Assembly: GCA_002269645.1 (NCBI GenBank)
Contig: NIVC01000010.1
Coordinates: forward strand, 2,325,443 to 2,389,442
Direction: 5' to 3'
DNA: 64,000 nt
DNA from: Macrostomum lignano
Lineage: Eukaryota
Position 1 is the first letter of the stretch; each line of letters starts with the position of its first letter. Made by a program: the position numbers and the translations under genes. The notes below the pieces were generated by a model that made no database searches, had not been told where the DNA came from, and saw only the letters and a list, made by a program, of their open reading frames with translations. Below, in pieces: positions 51,836 through 64,000 of this stretch.

Positions 51836-53008
51836 ATGGCTGCTGAAGCAAGCCAGGTGAATCCGTCGTATGTGGATCTACGAGTAAACGTTGGTACGTT
51901 GTGTATTTTGACATAAATCTTAAAAATTTAACTTAGCAGTGTGGCAAAGTGGCCACTGAGCTAGACTAGATTAACTACTTACATGGAAGGTGGGGGGCTT
52001 GCGCGAGAGCATATTTAGGCCATTTGATTTTTGCTTGAATTTTATGTACTGTACGTTATCGCTCGTCCTCGCGGTTACTGGTGTTCATCTGGCTTGTTTA
52101 ATAATTCCGGCTTATATATAAATACGCTTGTATACGCGTTCACTGACAATAAGTCACTCAAGTAAATCGAGATGTTCTAACTTAACTAGCAGAGTTCGCG
52201 TTAGCTACGAGTATCTCAGCAACTATGGCTACATGTACATACATGTATGTAATACTAGATATACAATACTAGACGGAATTTTGTGCATCTAGATATAGAT
52301 GGATGTGCATGCAACGAAAAATTTTTATTTGCTCAGTTCTTAATTTACATGTAATACTCGTATGTTACACTTTACAACCAGTTCTGTTCACGATTGCATC
52401 GATCTGCTCCTATTTTTTAGTTCCATACGTCCCGGGACAAACGAATGTTCAGTCACCATCAACTCGTGAGTTGACTAGTTTCCATGCGTCGATAAACAGT
52501 CACAAGTCGCAGTTGAACGATGCCCTCCCAGCTGGCTGCAAAATCAGTCGGATCGAGCCGAGCCAGTTCAGAAAGTTTGAATCGGATTTACATAGCCCTG
52601 AGACAAGCAAGTTTCTTTGCAAGTTGCAAGGATTTTCTTGCATTGCCATTCGAATTCAGGCTAACTCCGCACGAGTTTTAGATGAACTGAGAGATTCGGC
52701 TTCGAAAAAATCGGGGAATTTTTACGCCGTTATCGCTAAATTCCGACCAAACAATCAGATACAGTTTGAAGTAGCTTTCGAAAGAAAGCAATTTTTAGAA
52801 GCCCAACAACTGAATTTGCAAAATACTCCGTAAGTTGATGAATTGCGCAAACAAAACTTGCCTGCATACTTTCTGTATCCACACAGTATAACTGGGTCCC
52901 GGTCACTGTTTAACAATTTCAGGCAAGTACAAGAAGAAGCCGTGCGACCTAACGAAGTAGAGGCTAAGAAGCCTAATGCAAAGTTGTCAAGTGCCATTTC
53001 CACCAAGA
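51836..53008 (+). CDS. Putative 5' coding exons (51836-51893, 52421-52829, 52923-~53008), possibly the start of the RNF213-like gene
   Basis: ATG exon ending g|gtacgt; phase-compatible acceptor ttttttag|tt; donor cc|gtaagt; phase-compatible acceptor tttcag|g. No recognisable domain, and the link to 56329 was not established. Confidence 0.45.
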
Positions 53009-54608
53009 GTACGTCTGGCGAGATTGGGCCACGAGAAAAGGTTCTTGAATTCAGTTCGCTTAATTCTATTGTTAATAGCATTCTTAGTTGACAGGCCAAC
53101 TCTAGCCATATAGCGCGTATTGTGCATGTGTGTAGTGTGTTAACGGTATCTATACAGGGCTGAGCAAAGAGTTTATAATTGGCATCTGGGGTGGAAAGAG
53201 AAATACAGGAGAGGTAAAAGTATAACAAAAAACTTGTTTCCACTTCAGATGCTAATTATAGAACTCCTTGTCTGAGCGTGCAGCCTAGTAAAGAATGGAA
53301 GCTGAGCAAAACTCACTCGGCCCTAGCTCTAACTGCTATTGCTACACTTCACAAGAAAACACTTCACCACTCTTTAACTGAACTGAACTGAACTGACTGT
53401 ATTACGAAGTAGAAAGGTTTAGCAAACGGAATCCAAAGCTACTGTAGAATTTCGGTGACGTGATGGCCCTGAAATGTTAAAAAAATTAATCAAAGACTAC
53501 TCGAAGCACTCGAAACTATACCGACGATAACTATAAATTGCATGTATGACTTTAAATCTCGTTCATATTTTGTTAGCTACTGTAAAGGAAAAAGTAGCAT
53601 AGTCAATGAGGAATATGGATTCCCGGGCCATTCCTGCCCATTGGCCCAGCCAATAGGAGCGCATTTCACATAGTTTTCCACGGAATTCTGCGGCCGTTCC
53701 GCGGAAATTTGGACCCTTTCCACGGACCCAACTGTAGATAATACTAAGCTTAGTTGGCCTCAAACAGGCGACTGATGCTGTTACCTGCCTTGAATTAGAC
53801 TGCTGAGTGCAAAATATCCTACAAAATATGCAATTCATGTTTCTTTGAAATTCTAAATTTACTTTATTGTAGACATAGTTAAAATACAGAATATTTTCGT
53901 AGGAATTTTTTGCACTCATTACTAAAATTTACATTGCAAAAGAAGCCTTGACTTAATGAGGTCTGTAATTGTCAAGAAATTCTTAACTTTGATACACATT
54001 AACTTAAAAGCAAGCAGCTATAAAAAACTAGAATATGTCATAGTTATTAGACAAAATAATATATACTCAACAACATCGAAAAGTCGCCATCACAGAAGAT
54101 TCCGTCTGTAGTCGCCACTTTTGAGAGCAGGTAAAGTCTCTCAATCTTTGCGAGTGACGCAACTTAGCTACAAAGTATTTGAGCAATGAAGTGGAGGGAG
54201 CGGTGTGCGAGGGTTGGACGGATTAAAGCTACCCCGATCAGTTTTCTTGTATCTTTTGTTTCAGAATAATCTAAGAGAAATTGCTCACTGGCACATAAAG
54301 TGGCGAATTTTCAATGTTGCTGAGTATACATTGTTGTGTTTTATTTAAAAGAACTCATACCTGTATACTGTACTTAACTGTCAAAAGACCTTTTACACCA
54401 TCTACTATTTTGCTCCCCAGATACCAATTAACCGGACTCATATTACATTCATTTCAGCTTGCGGTATCTTCAACGGCTCAGAAGAAACCCTGTATCTCCC
54501 AAGCTGAGTATCTGAAATTGCCGGATCAAGCTAAAAGTGAATTTGTAAGTACCGTAAATTCTAATTTTCATTTTTTCTAATTTACTTTGAATATCTACTG
54601 TAGCACAG

Positions 54609-54710
54609 TGCATAAGTATAGATAAGTTTGCATAAGTATAGATAAGTTTGCATAAGTATAGATAAGTTTGCATAAGTATAGATAAGTTTGCATAAGTTTG
54701 GGATAAGTAT
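54609..54710. repeat. 20-bp minisatellite (GCATAAGTATAGATAAGTTT)n
   Basis: Directly visible, about 5 units. Confidence 0.9.
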
Positions 54711-54722
54711 AGAATCACACAA

Positions 54723-54918
54723 GGGGCATACTAGCTCCGCGGTAAACACCTGACTTCGCACCACGACCCCTGGTTCGATTATGTGCCCGGCCACATTCAT
54801 CTGGGTTTTTTGCAAGGTTTTACCCGTGAGGTCCAACCCCTAGACACAGAGAGTGTACATGCCTGACAATTAGAATTTCAGGGCCGCTGTACACCCTGTG
54901 TGAGCGTGTGAGCGCGTC
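54723..54918 (+). mobile_element. tRNA-derived SINE family 2
   Basis: A-box-like tagctccgcggt, B-box ggttcgatt at 54772; 3' body matches 35-130. Confidence 0.62.
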
Positions 54919-55412
54919 AATGAGTGGGAAGAACTCCACTTTCTAATTTTTGCGTTGGTTTTTTACCTCGGAAATTATCGATTGTATAGTAGGTTGCGGA
55001 GTTAAATAATGGCCAAAACACGAGTGCGAGTGCACGATCGAGTGCACACGAGTGCTTCGATCTGACCATTATTCAACGATACAACATACTATACAAGTGC
55101 ATTGCATAGAAAATTTCCCCAAGCACCAGTCTATTTAACACACCTTTGAGGCCAATTTAGCACACTGTTATTAAATTTGATTAGATTGGACGAGAGATGG
55201 GATGGGTGAAGTGATTGGTCACTTGGTCAAAAAGGCAGATTACGCTGGCGAGGGACTGTTGAATGGAAAATCAGATAAAATAATAAGCGAGTCTAAACTT
55301 AGTCATAAATTTTTTAATAATTTTATAGAATCCTAGCAGTATGGCTGTTCTGATCAATTGGAAAGTTCTCTGTCGGTGGAGCCGCTGAATTCTGTAATAT
55401 TGTTAGATTGTG

Positions 55413-55542
55413 CATATGGTTTTGGAGGTAGGACAATGATTAATTTTTCAAGAGTGGCGAAGTTATCTGAAGTTAGTAATTTGGGAAGTTAGGAAGCCAC
55501 TCTCGTGAAAAATTAATCATTGTCTACTTTCAAAACCATATG
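55413..55542. repeat. ~130-bp fold-back: 46-bp inverted arms around a ~37-bp spacer
   Basis: catatggttttggaggtaggacaatgattaatttttcaagagtggc versus gccactctcgtgaaaaattaatcattgtctactttcaaaaccatatg. Confidence 0.85.
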
Positions 55543-56328
55543 TAAAAGTACATCAGGTTTAATTTCATCGCAATATAAAATAAAACCAGGTTCTCAGGAA
55601 CATTTTTGCTTAGTCACTGAACACAACATTTTAGCACAGAAGGCAAGAATTCAGATTTTTAAAGTCGAAACAAGGACTACTACGAGCGTAAAGTAAAAGG
55701 ACGCAACACTCGAAATCTATGGAAAATGTTTTGAACTTTGAACTTTTCACCGAGCATACACTACGGAGAAGCATACACTACGGAGATAGGAAGTTTTCAT
55801 TTTTCAGCACAAAAATTGTTATTAATTTCGATAGGAGGTAGAGACAATGTTCATCTTTGGATATCTTGTGTCTTTCTTATAGTTCTATTGATATTCATAA
55901 AGCTTTTCGCTCAGAATCTACGTATAATTGCAATGTCCTGTCCCTAAAAACCATTAAAATGGCACGGCTCAGCTCATTAGTTTTATGAATCTATTTTGTC
56001 ATTCTTAGCTGACTGTGTGACAATATTTGTAACAGAGATGATGAAATAAATTCAAAAAACGAAAGAAACCAAAGTACAGGAATTGCACGTTAGAAAGGAA
56101 TGAACATAGAATCCTAGTTTTCTAAACGAAAAGGCTTTATAAATATCAATAAAGCTATAAGAAAGGCGCAACATATCAAAAGATGAGCACTGGGTCTGTA
56201 ACGCTGTTCTGAAAGCGAGACAAAATCCTACCTATACCTATTGTTCCTGCCGTAATCTATCTACAATTATATTTAGAAAACTCCCATGTATCTTAAGGTT
56301 CAACCCGAATCGTTTTGTTTCTTTACAG

Positions 56329-58370
56329 ACAGTCTTCGAGTTTCGGCTCTTTATCGCAGACATCGTGGGGTCTTTTATGGAAAGTTTGAAGTCCGCAGTC
56401 AAACCGGAACACATTGCTGACTTTATGAAGGCAGTTAAAGAATGTGTATATTCTGCTCGGGAAATCAAGGTGTCTTTAGTTTTATTTGACAAAGAAGCAA
56501 ATAAAAATGCAATGACAGCAGATAAAAAAATTACTGGCGCGGAGCTGTATACCCTGCCTACTTGGAAAGTTTTCATCTTGAGCTCTATGGTGGGATCCGT
56601 TACATATTTCTACCGTGTGAACTGCTCTGAACGATTGGACATTGCTCAGTATCCAACGGTGATTGCATTGACAAAACAGTACGGTCATGCAGTGTCGGAC
56701 AGGATCACCTGTTGCTTCTCATGCATCGACACCGTGATAGCGGCTATCAACAGATGCACTCAAAAAAAGAACACTGCGACTACAAACCGGGAAATTATCG
56801 AAGAAACACATCGACATCTAGAAATGGATCGTAAAGTGTATTTTGACGCATTTTTAGAAACTGATATTTTCAGAACTGTGGAAAAGGCAACGCGCTTTTG
56901 GAAAATATTCGCTTTCCATACAGTTGCCTTAGCGAACAGCCGGAGCTCCTCTTCCTTAATCGTCGGAACTGTAGCGTCCGACATTGTCGACCAGCTTTGC
57001 ATAAACATGCTGCAAAAATGGCTGATTGAAGTTTCCAAAGAAGAAAAAGTAAAACAGCAGTTGGTTACTTTCGCTAAAGAGTTCGCAGAAACTGCTTATT
57101 GTTTGCTCGTGCCTCCTTACGATATGCAAAGTAGCTTAACGCACTACGGAGAACTTTTCCTTTGCAGAGTAGCATTGACAATACAGGAAAAATTTGATCC
57201 TGGTAACAAAAACTTCTGGAAGCCGCTCGTAGCGGAGCTCTTTATGATTTTTTTAAATTCTCAGAGTAAACTTTCAAAAGACAGAAAATGTTTTCAATTT
57301 CTCGACAGGATACCTGGTTCGTTTCTATGTCTTTGCTTCGGTGCAAAATGGCTCGGTAAAGGAAGTCGACATAAAAAGTTCGTTCAAATAATTACCAGTT
57401 GTGGTATTTTCGAAAAAGGCAGATTGACCAAGTCTGAGTTCGTAAAGGCAATAATTCAAATTGAGCTACACAAATCATTAGACGCTGAAAGTCTCCTTGC
57501 GACTGCGAGTGTCGGATTTAACGATGATGGTGAAAACAGTGAATTAAAAGATTTACTAAAAGCAGTTCAAGAGCACAGAGGTACCGAAGAATGCACCAGC
57601 GCACTGCAATCCGAGCCACTTTGCGACACTTGCTTCGCAATCTGGGCCAAAAATTTCCTCTCAATCTCAATTCTCACCTCTCAGATGGAGAGTCTGCAGC
57701 GAGGTGAAAACAAGCCATTAAATGAAGTGTACGAGTTGGCAAAAAAGTTAAAAGATCAATCAATCTTGGGAGAAGACGAGATATCTGCAATCAGGAGAGC
57801 TGTGCTTCAATACATCTCCGACAATCCAAGCAAAAATTTGCAATCAATTTCGGAAAAAGAGAGCCTGCTTGGTATTCTCAACTTGGAAGGATATCTGGAT
57901 CCAGAGTACGCTACGGAACTTTTGTTCACAGCGCTTGATTCTGATAAAAACTGGGCACAAGAGGTGCTTTGCGGAGAGCCTTTCTTTGCTACGATTCTCA
58001 CTCAAATGAGACTCGTTTCCTCCGACAATGAGGATAAAATCCGAGAGATTTTCGACAAAATAATCGCACGCTATGACAAGGTCAGTAGCGAAACTTTGTG
58101 TAAATTTGCAGAAAAAACTTTGGAAGCCTGTCGTTCAACTGATTGGTTTCTTCAAGTGGCACTTGAGTCTACTCAAGCGATGCTGACAAAATCGGTCATA
58201 TCAGTTGAATTCATACGTTTTAACGTTGCCGACGTAACTACTTCTGAAGTAGCAGACATGTTTTTTGAGTCTCTAGAGCAGCGACTTTCGAATGACAGTG
58301 ACAAAGCTAAGATTTTGCGCTTCTTCAAAAGCGACGAGGTTCGAGAATTAATTGAAAAATTTCAGTCAAG
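56329..58370 (+). CDS. Large internal exon of RNF213-like gene (helical N-terminal region)
   Basis: 2-kb open frame from acceptor ctttacag| to donor ag|gtgagt, phase-2 compatible with the acceptor at 58973 that leads into the AAA+ region. Confidence 0.75.
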
Positions 58371-58973
58371 GTGAGTTTTATCTATTGTGCTATACGTTAT
58401 GCGTGATATGTGTTATATCTAATGTGTAGGTAAACTGTAAATGCATTCATGTTAAATACAATGCGTATTGTGTTCAATTAAGCAGTGGGCAGAATACATC
58501 GGTTCATAGTCGTGTCGCAGAATGCAGTAGTACATTTTATTGAAGACCCTCTGGGTGATGCACACAATGCACCCTTATATGTCGCTTGCCTTTGAAGTTT
58601 TTAAGTAAAAGGATTGTTTCAATTTTCACTTTCGATCTTTCCACAACCGCTAAGCATATTGACCAATTAGTATCTCATAGCTTTACTCAAAAGGTTACCT
58701 CAGGTTTTTGCTACGTACATGTACAAGGTTATTGTGAAATTTTTACCAGATGAGTGATATAATTTTAGCATCCCAGTGTAGTTATGATATGATAATTTAT
58801 ATAACCACACTAAATAAAAAGCTACGTGTAAGTGCGTTGTACATTGTACCATGTATCGATATGAATCAAATGTAGTTTCCGACCATTAAACATTAATTTT
58901 GTATACTTTTTGCGTTTGGTCTCTATGAATAATACGAACTACATGTACTCCTTCAACGCATTCATAATTTTAG

Positions 58974-61900
58974 GCCATTCTTCAAAATACTGTTCAAAGC
59001 TCTCGAGAGTTTAGTGCTGGACGTGAAAAAGGACCAACAGTCTCCGTGTAGCATGCTAAGCGAAATGCTACCAATGAAGCATGTCTGGGGCTGGCTTCTC
59101 AATAAAAATTGTCCTGAAGACTTAAAATCCAGCGCCCGAGACAATTCTAAAGCTACGATCGAAGGAATTGTGGACTTGAATAACCGCATTCGTGACCAAA
59201 ATTTCAGTTTGAAAGAATTTCATGAACTGGAATGCGTTTTTGATCGCTTGGAAGGCGATGCATATGGCTTGCTTGATGACCTAATATGTGCTTTTGGTCG
59301 GAATGTTGATGTCAAGACAGCCGACTCAATCAAAAGAGCTAGAGGGACTGTAGATTCTTGGAATGCAAATCTAAACGAAGTGGAAATTTTGCTTCACTTC
59401 TTGTCCCAAATATCCGAGTCGAACAGTGGCCTGAACATCACGGTTATCGATGTCGAGCCCAGGAAAAGAAAGTTTGAAGAACTAAGAGACAATTGTGACG
59501 ATAAACTATGTGCAATGGAAAAAGAAGCTCCTTTTACAAGGGTATTTTGTGTGAGATCAATAGAAAATATGGTGCGCGCAAAGACGCTTATACAGTCGTG
59601 TATTTTTAGAAGCACATTTCTAGAAGCCAATGCAGGCCTAAGCAGCGCAAAAGAAGCGCCACTCAAGCACATGTCTCTTAGCTGCACTGAAATTTTGGAG
59701 AAGCACTTGCCGCAGGCTGTGAAATCTTACGCAAAATTTTGGACATTGCTTTATCACCGTAATTCAAAGGTCGAGCAAATTGAAAGACACATTCAAGAGG
59801 GTGAAATCGACTTTGAATTAGAAATTCAAACTGCCGAGAAATTTTTAAGTACCAAAAGTGGCCCACCATTGCGAAGCAAACTCGAGATACTTAGAAGTGT
59901 TAAAGAGAGATCTGACTGGACAAGATGCCTTGAGACTCTGCACTTTTTTGCCCACAAATTTCTCGAGAAAGACACCACTACAAAACTGAATAAACGAACC
60001 GACGGCTGCGAGTTCTGCCGGACTGTGAGCAGACCGCAGAGGGACAAGGAAAGCAACGCAATGGTAATTTTTTTGCAACAGAAAGATCCCACACTTGGAG
60101 ATTACACCGAACTGTTCTACAACGACCTTGCAACAATTAGAAATATCAATCCAAACATTTGGCGTATTCTGGAAAAATTGAAAGACTGCAAGGATGTTGT
60201 TCAATTTCTATATGAACAGAAAAATTCTGATCTACAGCAGCTGCTAGACAACACAGATGACAGTGCAACTAATGACATGAGCCCGTCTGTAATAAATTCG
60301 CTTATTTCGCTACAGAACGCATTGAAACACTTTCTGCTGAATCTAACAAATCTCCCTTGTGCCACACGCAGTTTACTGGAGTCTTTGGAGCAGTCAATCA
60401 CCTATCATAGCTCATCATCAGAAGAGCCGCGACTTGACTCGTGCGCTAAGACTCTCATCGATCGCATTGATGAGTGTCAAAGCAACATAAATTCAATTAA
60501 AAAGCTGCACGCAAGTCTTGGATCTCGAGGAACTACGTCTAAAAAGCTTGCAAAAGAATTTGCGGAACAGGTTGACACCGCCGAATTTGGAATTGAAATT
60601 GACGATTGTGGTAATGTGAAATGCTGGTTCGTACATTCTGACAACATGGACCTCACTCTAACTGAATTGATCGAGCATCGGTCAAGAATACTTTTGTCGA
60701 AAAATACTCATCAAAATTCAGGTAATTCCAACCTAGAAAATGATGCTCTGCAAAGCTTTGTAACTCTAATTGACTTGCTGGAGTCTGCCTTAGAAACTCT
60801 GCAAAGACTCGTACAATCGGGTCATCCGCTATTCGAAGAAGTCACGATCCGTAAAAAAACTAGCCAGCTGCTGAATACGGTACTTTGCTAAACTCAACGG
60901 AAAGCTCTTGGGAGACCTTGCTTTCATCGCTGAGGGATGAACATCCAATTGCAAACTATGTTCTTGGTCCTAGCCTTGTGCAGTTGCTTCTGTATTTCTT
61001 CAGTCATCACGATATCCAGAGAGTGAAAAGCATTCTTTACTACATGAGAATTGATAAAAATTCCATTCAATCAATCAGCTTAGGAAAGAATACGGAATAC
61101 GACAGACTACGTGGCCTAGGTTCTCTAGACGACCAGAACGCATGTCTAACTGGAATGCTGAAACAAATGTTTTTAGAACTTGAGAAGATGAAAAAGATAA
61201 AACCGCGAAATTTAGAGCATCTCAGTAATTTAGGAAATAAAGATATGTGCATTCCAGCTGGGAAACTTGTGATCTACAAAATGCAACCCTCAGATAAGGA
61301 TTTGCTCAATACATTTCTACATGTTTGCATTAGCAGCCAAAAAGAAGCGCCTTGGATCAGCGAAATTGTCTTCTGCTCTCAGCAAACAACTTCTGAGGAA
61401 GTTGTCCTTGCCGTCAAGAGGGCTCCCGAAATTCCAGAGAGGGCCATTTTCATTCTGGACGCGCAGAACCTAAAACAGAATGTGCTGTACGCCCTTGTTT
61501 CTGAACTCAGTGAACAGACATTTTGCAAAAACAAAGGACGCGTATCCATTTTTTGCCGCGCGGCAGATTCGCATCTTCTGTTTACTGCTTTTGGCAACTG
61601 TGTCGTTAAGCCTATAGCGCCTGCTAATGAAAAACTTAACCGATTGGTTAAAGAATGCTTCAATGACGTCTTCTTCTGCTCATCTGATCGACCATCTGTT
61701 GGAAAGTCGGAAAAAATCGTGGCGCATTTGTTTAGAAGCCAAGACCGACAAGTTCAAATCCATGTTAGCGGATCCATCGACAAGGATGCACTGATCAAGA
61801 AACTTATCTCGATCGGGGCTATGGACAGCAGTGTAATCCACTTTGATATTGGAGTTATACAGAATCCAGAGTACTTAGAAGCTATTCTTTTTGAAATGTC

Positions 61901-64000
61901 CCTTTGCAACGCTATTTCTACGCCGCAATGCGTTGTTGCTTTTAGGCCGCGCAAAATTTATCTGGAAATAGCGAATACTTCAAGTGACGAGCTCTTTGAC
62001 GGATTTTCCATTTTCTCTCGACTTTCAGACTCCAAGTGCGCTTGGGAAAATGTGCAGAATATTGTCGTATCCATCGAGCCAATGTCGCATATCCAAGTTG
62101 TGTGCAAGTACCTGAAGCTTGCCAACGAAAACAAAATAGATGTACTTGAAATAAGTCCGGTTGAGGTTATCACTCGACAGAAATGCGTTAAACTTCTGAT
62201 TGACTTTTTCAGCAGACCTCTCGACGACGGAACAAAACCATCGATTTCGTTTCGTTTCTAGGGCTTGAGATTTGCATTAGAATCCTCGTGAGCAACTGAA
62301 AAGATTCACGTCAAGCCCTTACTTTAGTTTGAGAGGCATTCGTCTTATTGGAAAAACAGGAATGCGAAGCAAAATGGTAAATCTGATAATGCAATCCACG
62401 CTTCAACTGTCGCTCAAGTCTGTGTCTTCAATTAGGGCCCAGCAAACCGAGAGCCGAGAGCGCGGCAATGAACGGGAGAAATCTAGCTTAGCAGGACTGA
62501 TCTGCTGGGAGCAGTTTGCATACGTATTTCCTGTCTTCATGAACCAGGACACATCAACTGTGGAGCTAATTTTCCAAAATCATTCCGATGTAAAGCCGGA
62601 AATTATGGAACTGTTTGAGAGTGCCTCGTCAAAACAGCTTGTTGAATTTAAGCACATGGCAGAGACTACTCTGCAAGAGAAGTTGGTAAGAATTGTGGCC
62701 GATTTACCGAGGGCTGGCACGCACGATACTCGTAGCATGCCTAAAAGCTATGTGTTGACTGCGGACAACTTTTTGAAAATGATTCTAATTAATCTTCGCC
62801 TCGATGCCGATGTACCAGTGGTACTCATTGGAGAAACAGGATGCGGAAAAACCAGTCTCGTTCGCTATTTGGCTGCTGCTAAAAACTGCCAATTACGTGT
62901 GATGAACTTCCATGCTGGCATTACGGAAGCTGAAGTCAATGAGTTCATATCGAAGGCAGAAAAAGTGGCTTATAGTCTCACAAAACAGTTTGCTGAATCC
63001 TTAAACCGTGAAGGCACCGTTTTAGTGTTTTTAGATGAGGTAAACACTTGCGAGCATCTTGGATTACTCAAAGAAGTTGTCTGCCACAAGAAGCTTCAAA
63101 GTCGTCAGCTTCCCAGCAATCTGAGGTTTATTGTGGCTTGCAATCCGTACATCCTTCGAAAATGTACCGTCCAGTCGGCTGGATTTGAGATCAGAGAGCT
63201 CGACGATAAAATGGCAGGATTAGTGTATCGAGTAAACCCGCTGCCAGAATCTATGCTGGAATTAGTGTGGGACTTCGGCCGCCTGACTGAGAATGATGAG
63301 CTGGTTTATATTCGCAGAATGATAGGTGAACTATTCAGCAAAGCTTCAAAAGCTCAAATCGACAACATAGTTGCTTCACTTTCAGAGGCACAGAAATTTA
63401 TTCGGAGTCTAGATGACGTTGAGTTTACAGTCAGTTTGAGGGATATCCGGCGCTTTTGTGAATTTTTTAATTTTTTTACCAATTACTTTAGTCGAAAAGA
63501 GCTCATCGATAAAGCCAGCCAACAATCGTATGGCTCAACTCAACGCGCATGGCTTTTTGGCCTTTACATCTGCTATTACGTTAGACTCATGGATTCCACG
63601 ATGCGAAAACGCTTTCTCAGCATTCTTGAGCAATATACGGAATTGACGACCAAAGAAATGATTGAAATCTTTGAAAAGGAAGAGCTCGATTTACTCAACA
63701 GAATGACGATTCCAAGCAAGACAGCTAAGAATCTTGCTCTTCGAGAGAACGTCTTTGTTATATTCAGCTGCATATATTGTCAGATTCCTGTTTTCTTATC
63801 GGCAAGCCTGGTTGCTCAAAGTCACTGGCAATGAACATTGTGCGCAGCAATCTTAGAGGTGAAGATTCCGTCAATGAACTGTTCGACAGTTCCCTCCATT
63901 GAGATTCTTTAGCTACCAGGGCTCCGAAACCAGCACTTCGATGGCATCATCAAAGTGTTTAAAAAAGCAGAGAAAAGCAAAATGGAAGGCAAATCTAAGT
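58974..64000 (+). CDS. RNF213: RNF213/mysterin-like giant AAA+ ATPase, frameshifted as written and running off the window
   Basis: YVLTADNFLKMILI..PVVLIGETGCGKT (Walker A, ~62830); NFHAG; VFLDEVNT (Walker B); FIVACNPY; LVYRVNPLPESM..VWDFG; VSLRDIRR; LRENVF; and, after a frameshift, IGKPGCSKSL. This motif order is that of the RNF213 AAA core. Homology is to the family; orthology was not tested. Confidence 0.85.

Noticed and set aside
60860-62330. Programmed ribosomal frameshifting in the RNF213-like gene
   Set aside because: There are too many breaks, no consistent slippery heptamer with downstream structure, and they are simply explained by single-base deletions.

Overview
Eukaryotic, intron-rich, repeat-rich animal DNA. 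The minisatellite load and gene content would fit an invertebrate such as a flatworm; this is inference only. Three genes are visible. (1) A + strand receptor guanylyl cyclase locus of the natriuretic-peptide-receptor type. One set of nine downstream exons (37401-50661) encodes the second half of the ANF-receptor ectodomain, a TM helix, a kinase-homology domain and the cyclase. It is preceded by four divergent N-terminal ectodomain cassettes: A 1187-1602, B 12505-13312, C 24455-29347 and D 32529-33845. None has downstream exons of its own that I could find, and all four end at a phase-1 GT donor at the same codon position, in frame with the acceptor at 37401. This suggests a variable-first-exon/constant-region receptor locus, like UGT1A or the clustered protocadherins, and is the main finding. 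(2) A DEG/ENaC channel gene nested on the - strand between cassettes A and B, whose stop-codon region has been amplified into a ~1.9 kb minisatellite. (3) An RNF213/mysterin-like giant AAA+ protein gene running off the right edge with several single-base frameshifts. Also present are 14 tandem arrays, two tRNA-derived SINE families, a young 5'-truncated RNase H LINE with a 13-bp TSD, several MITE-like elements and a decayed IS630/Tc1 transposase. All exon boundaries were inferred by eye from GT-AG signals, phase compatibility and family motifs; there is no transcript evidence.
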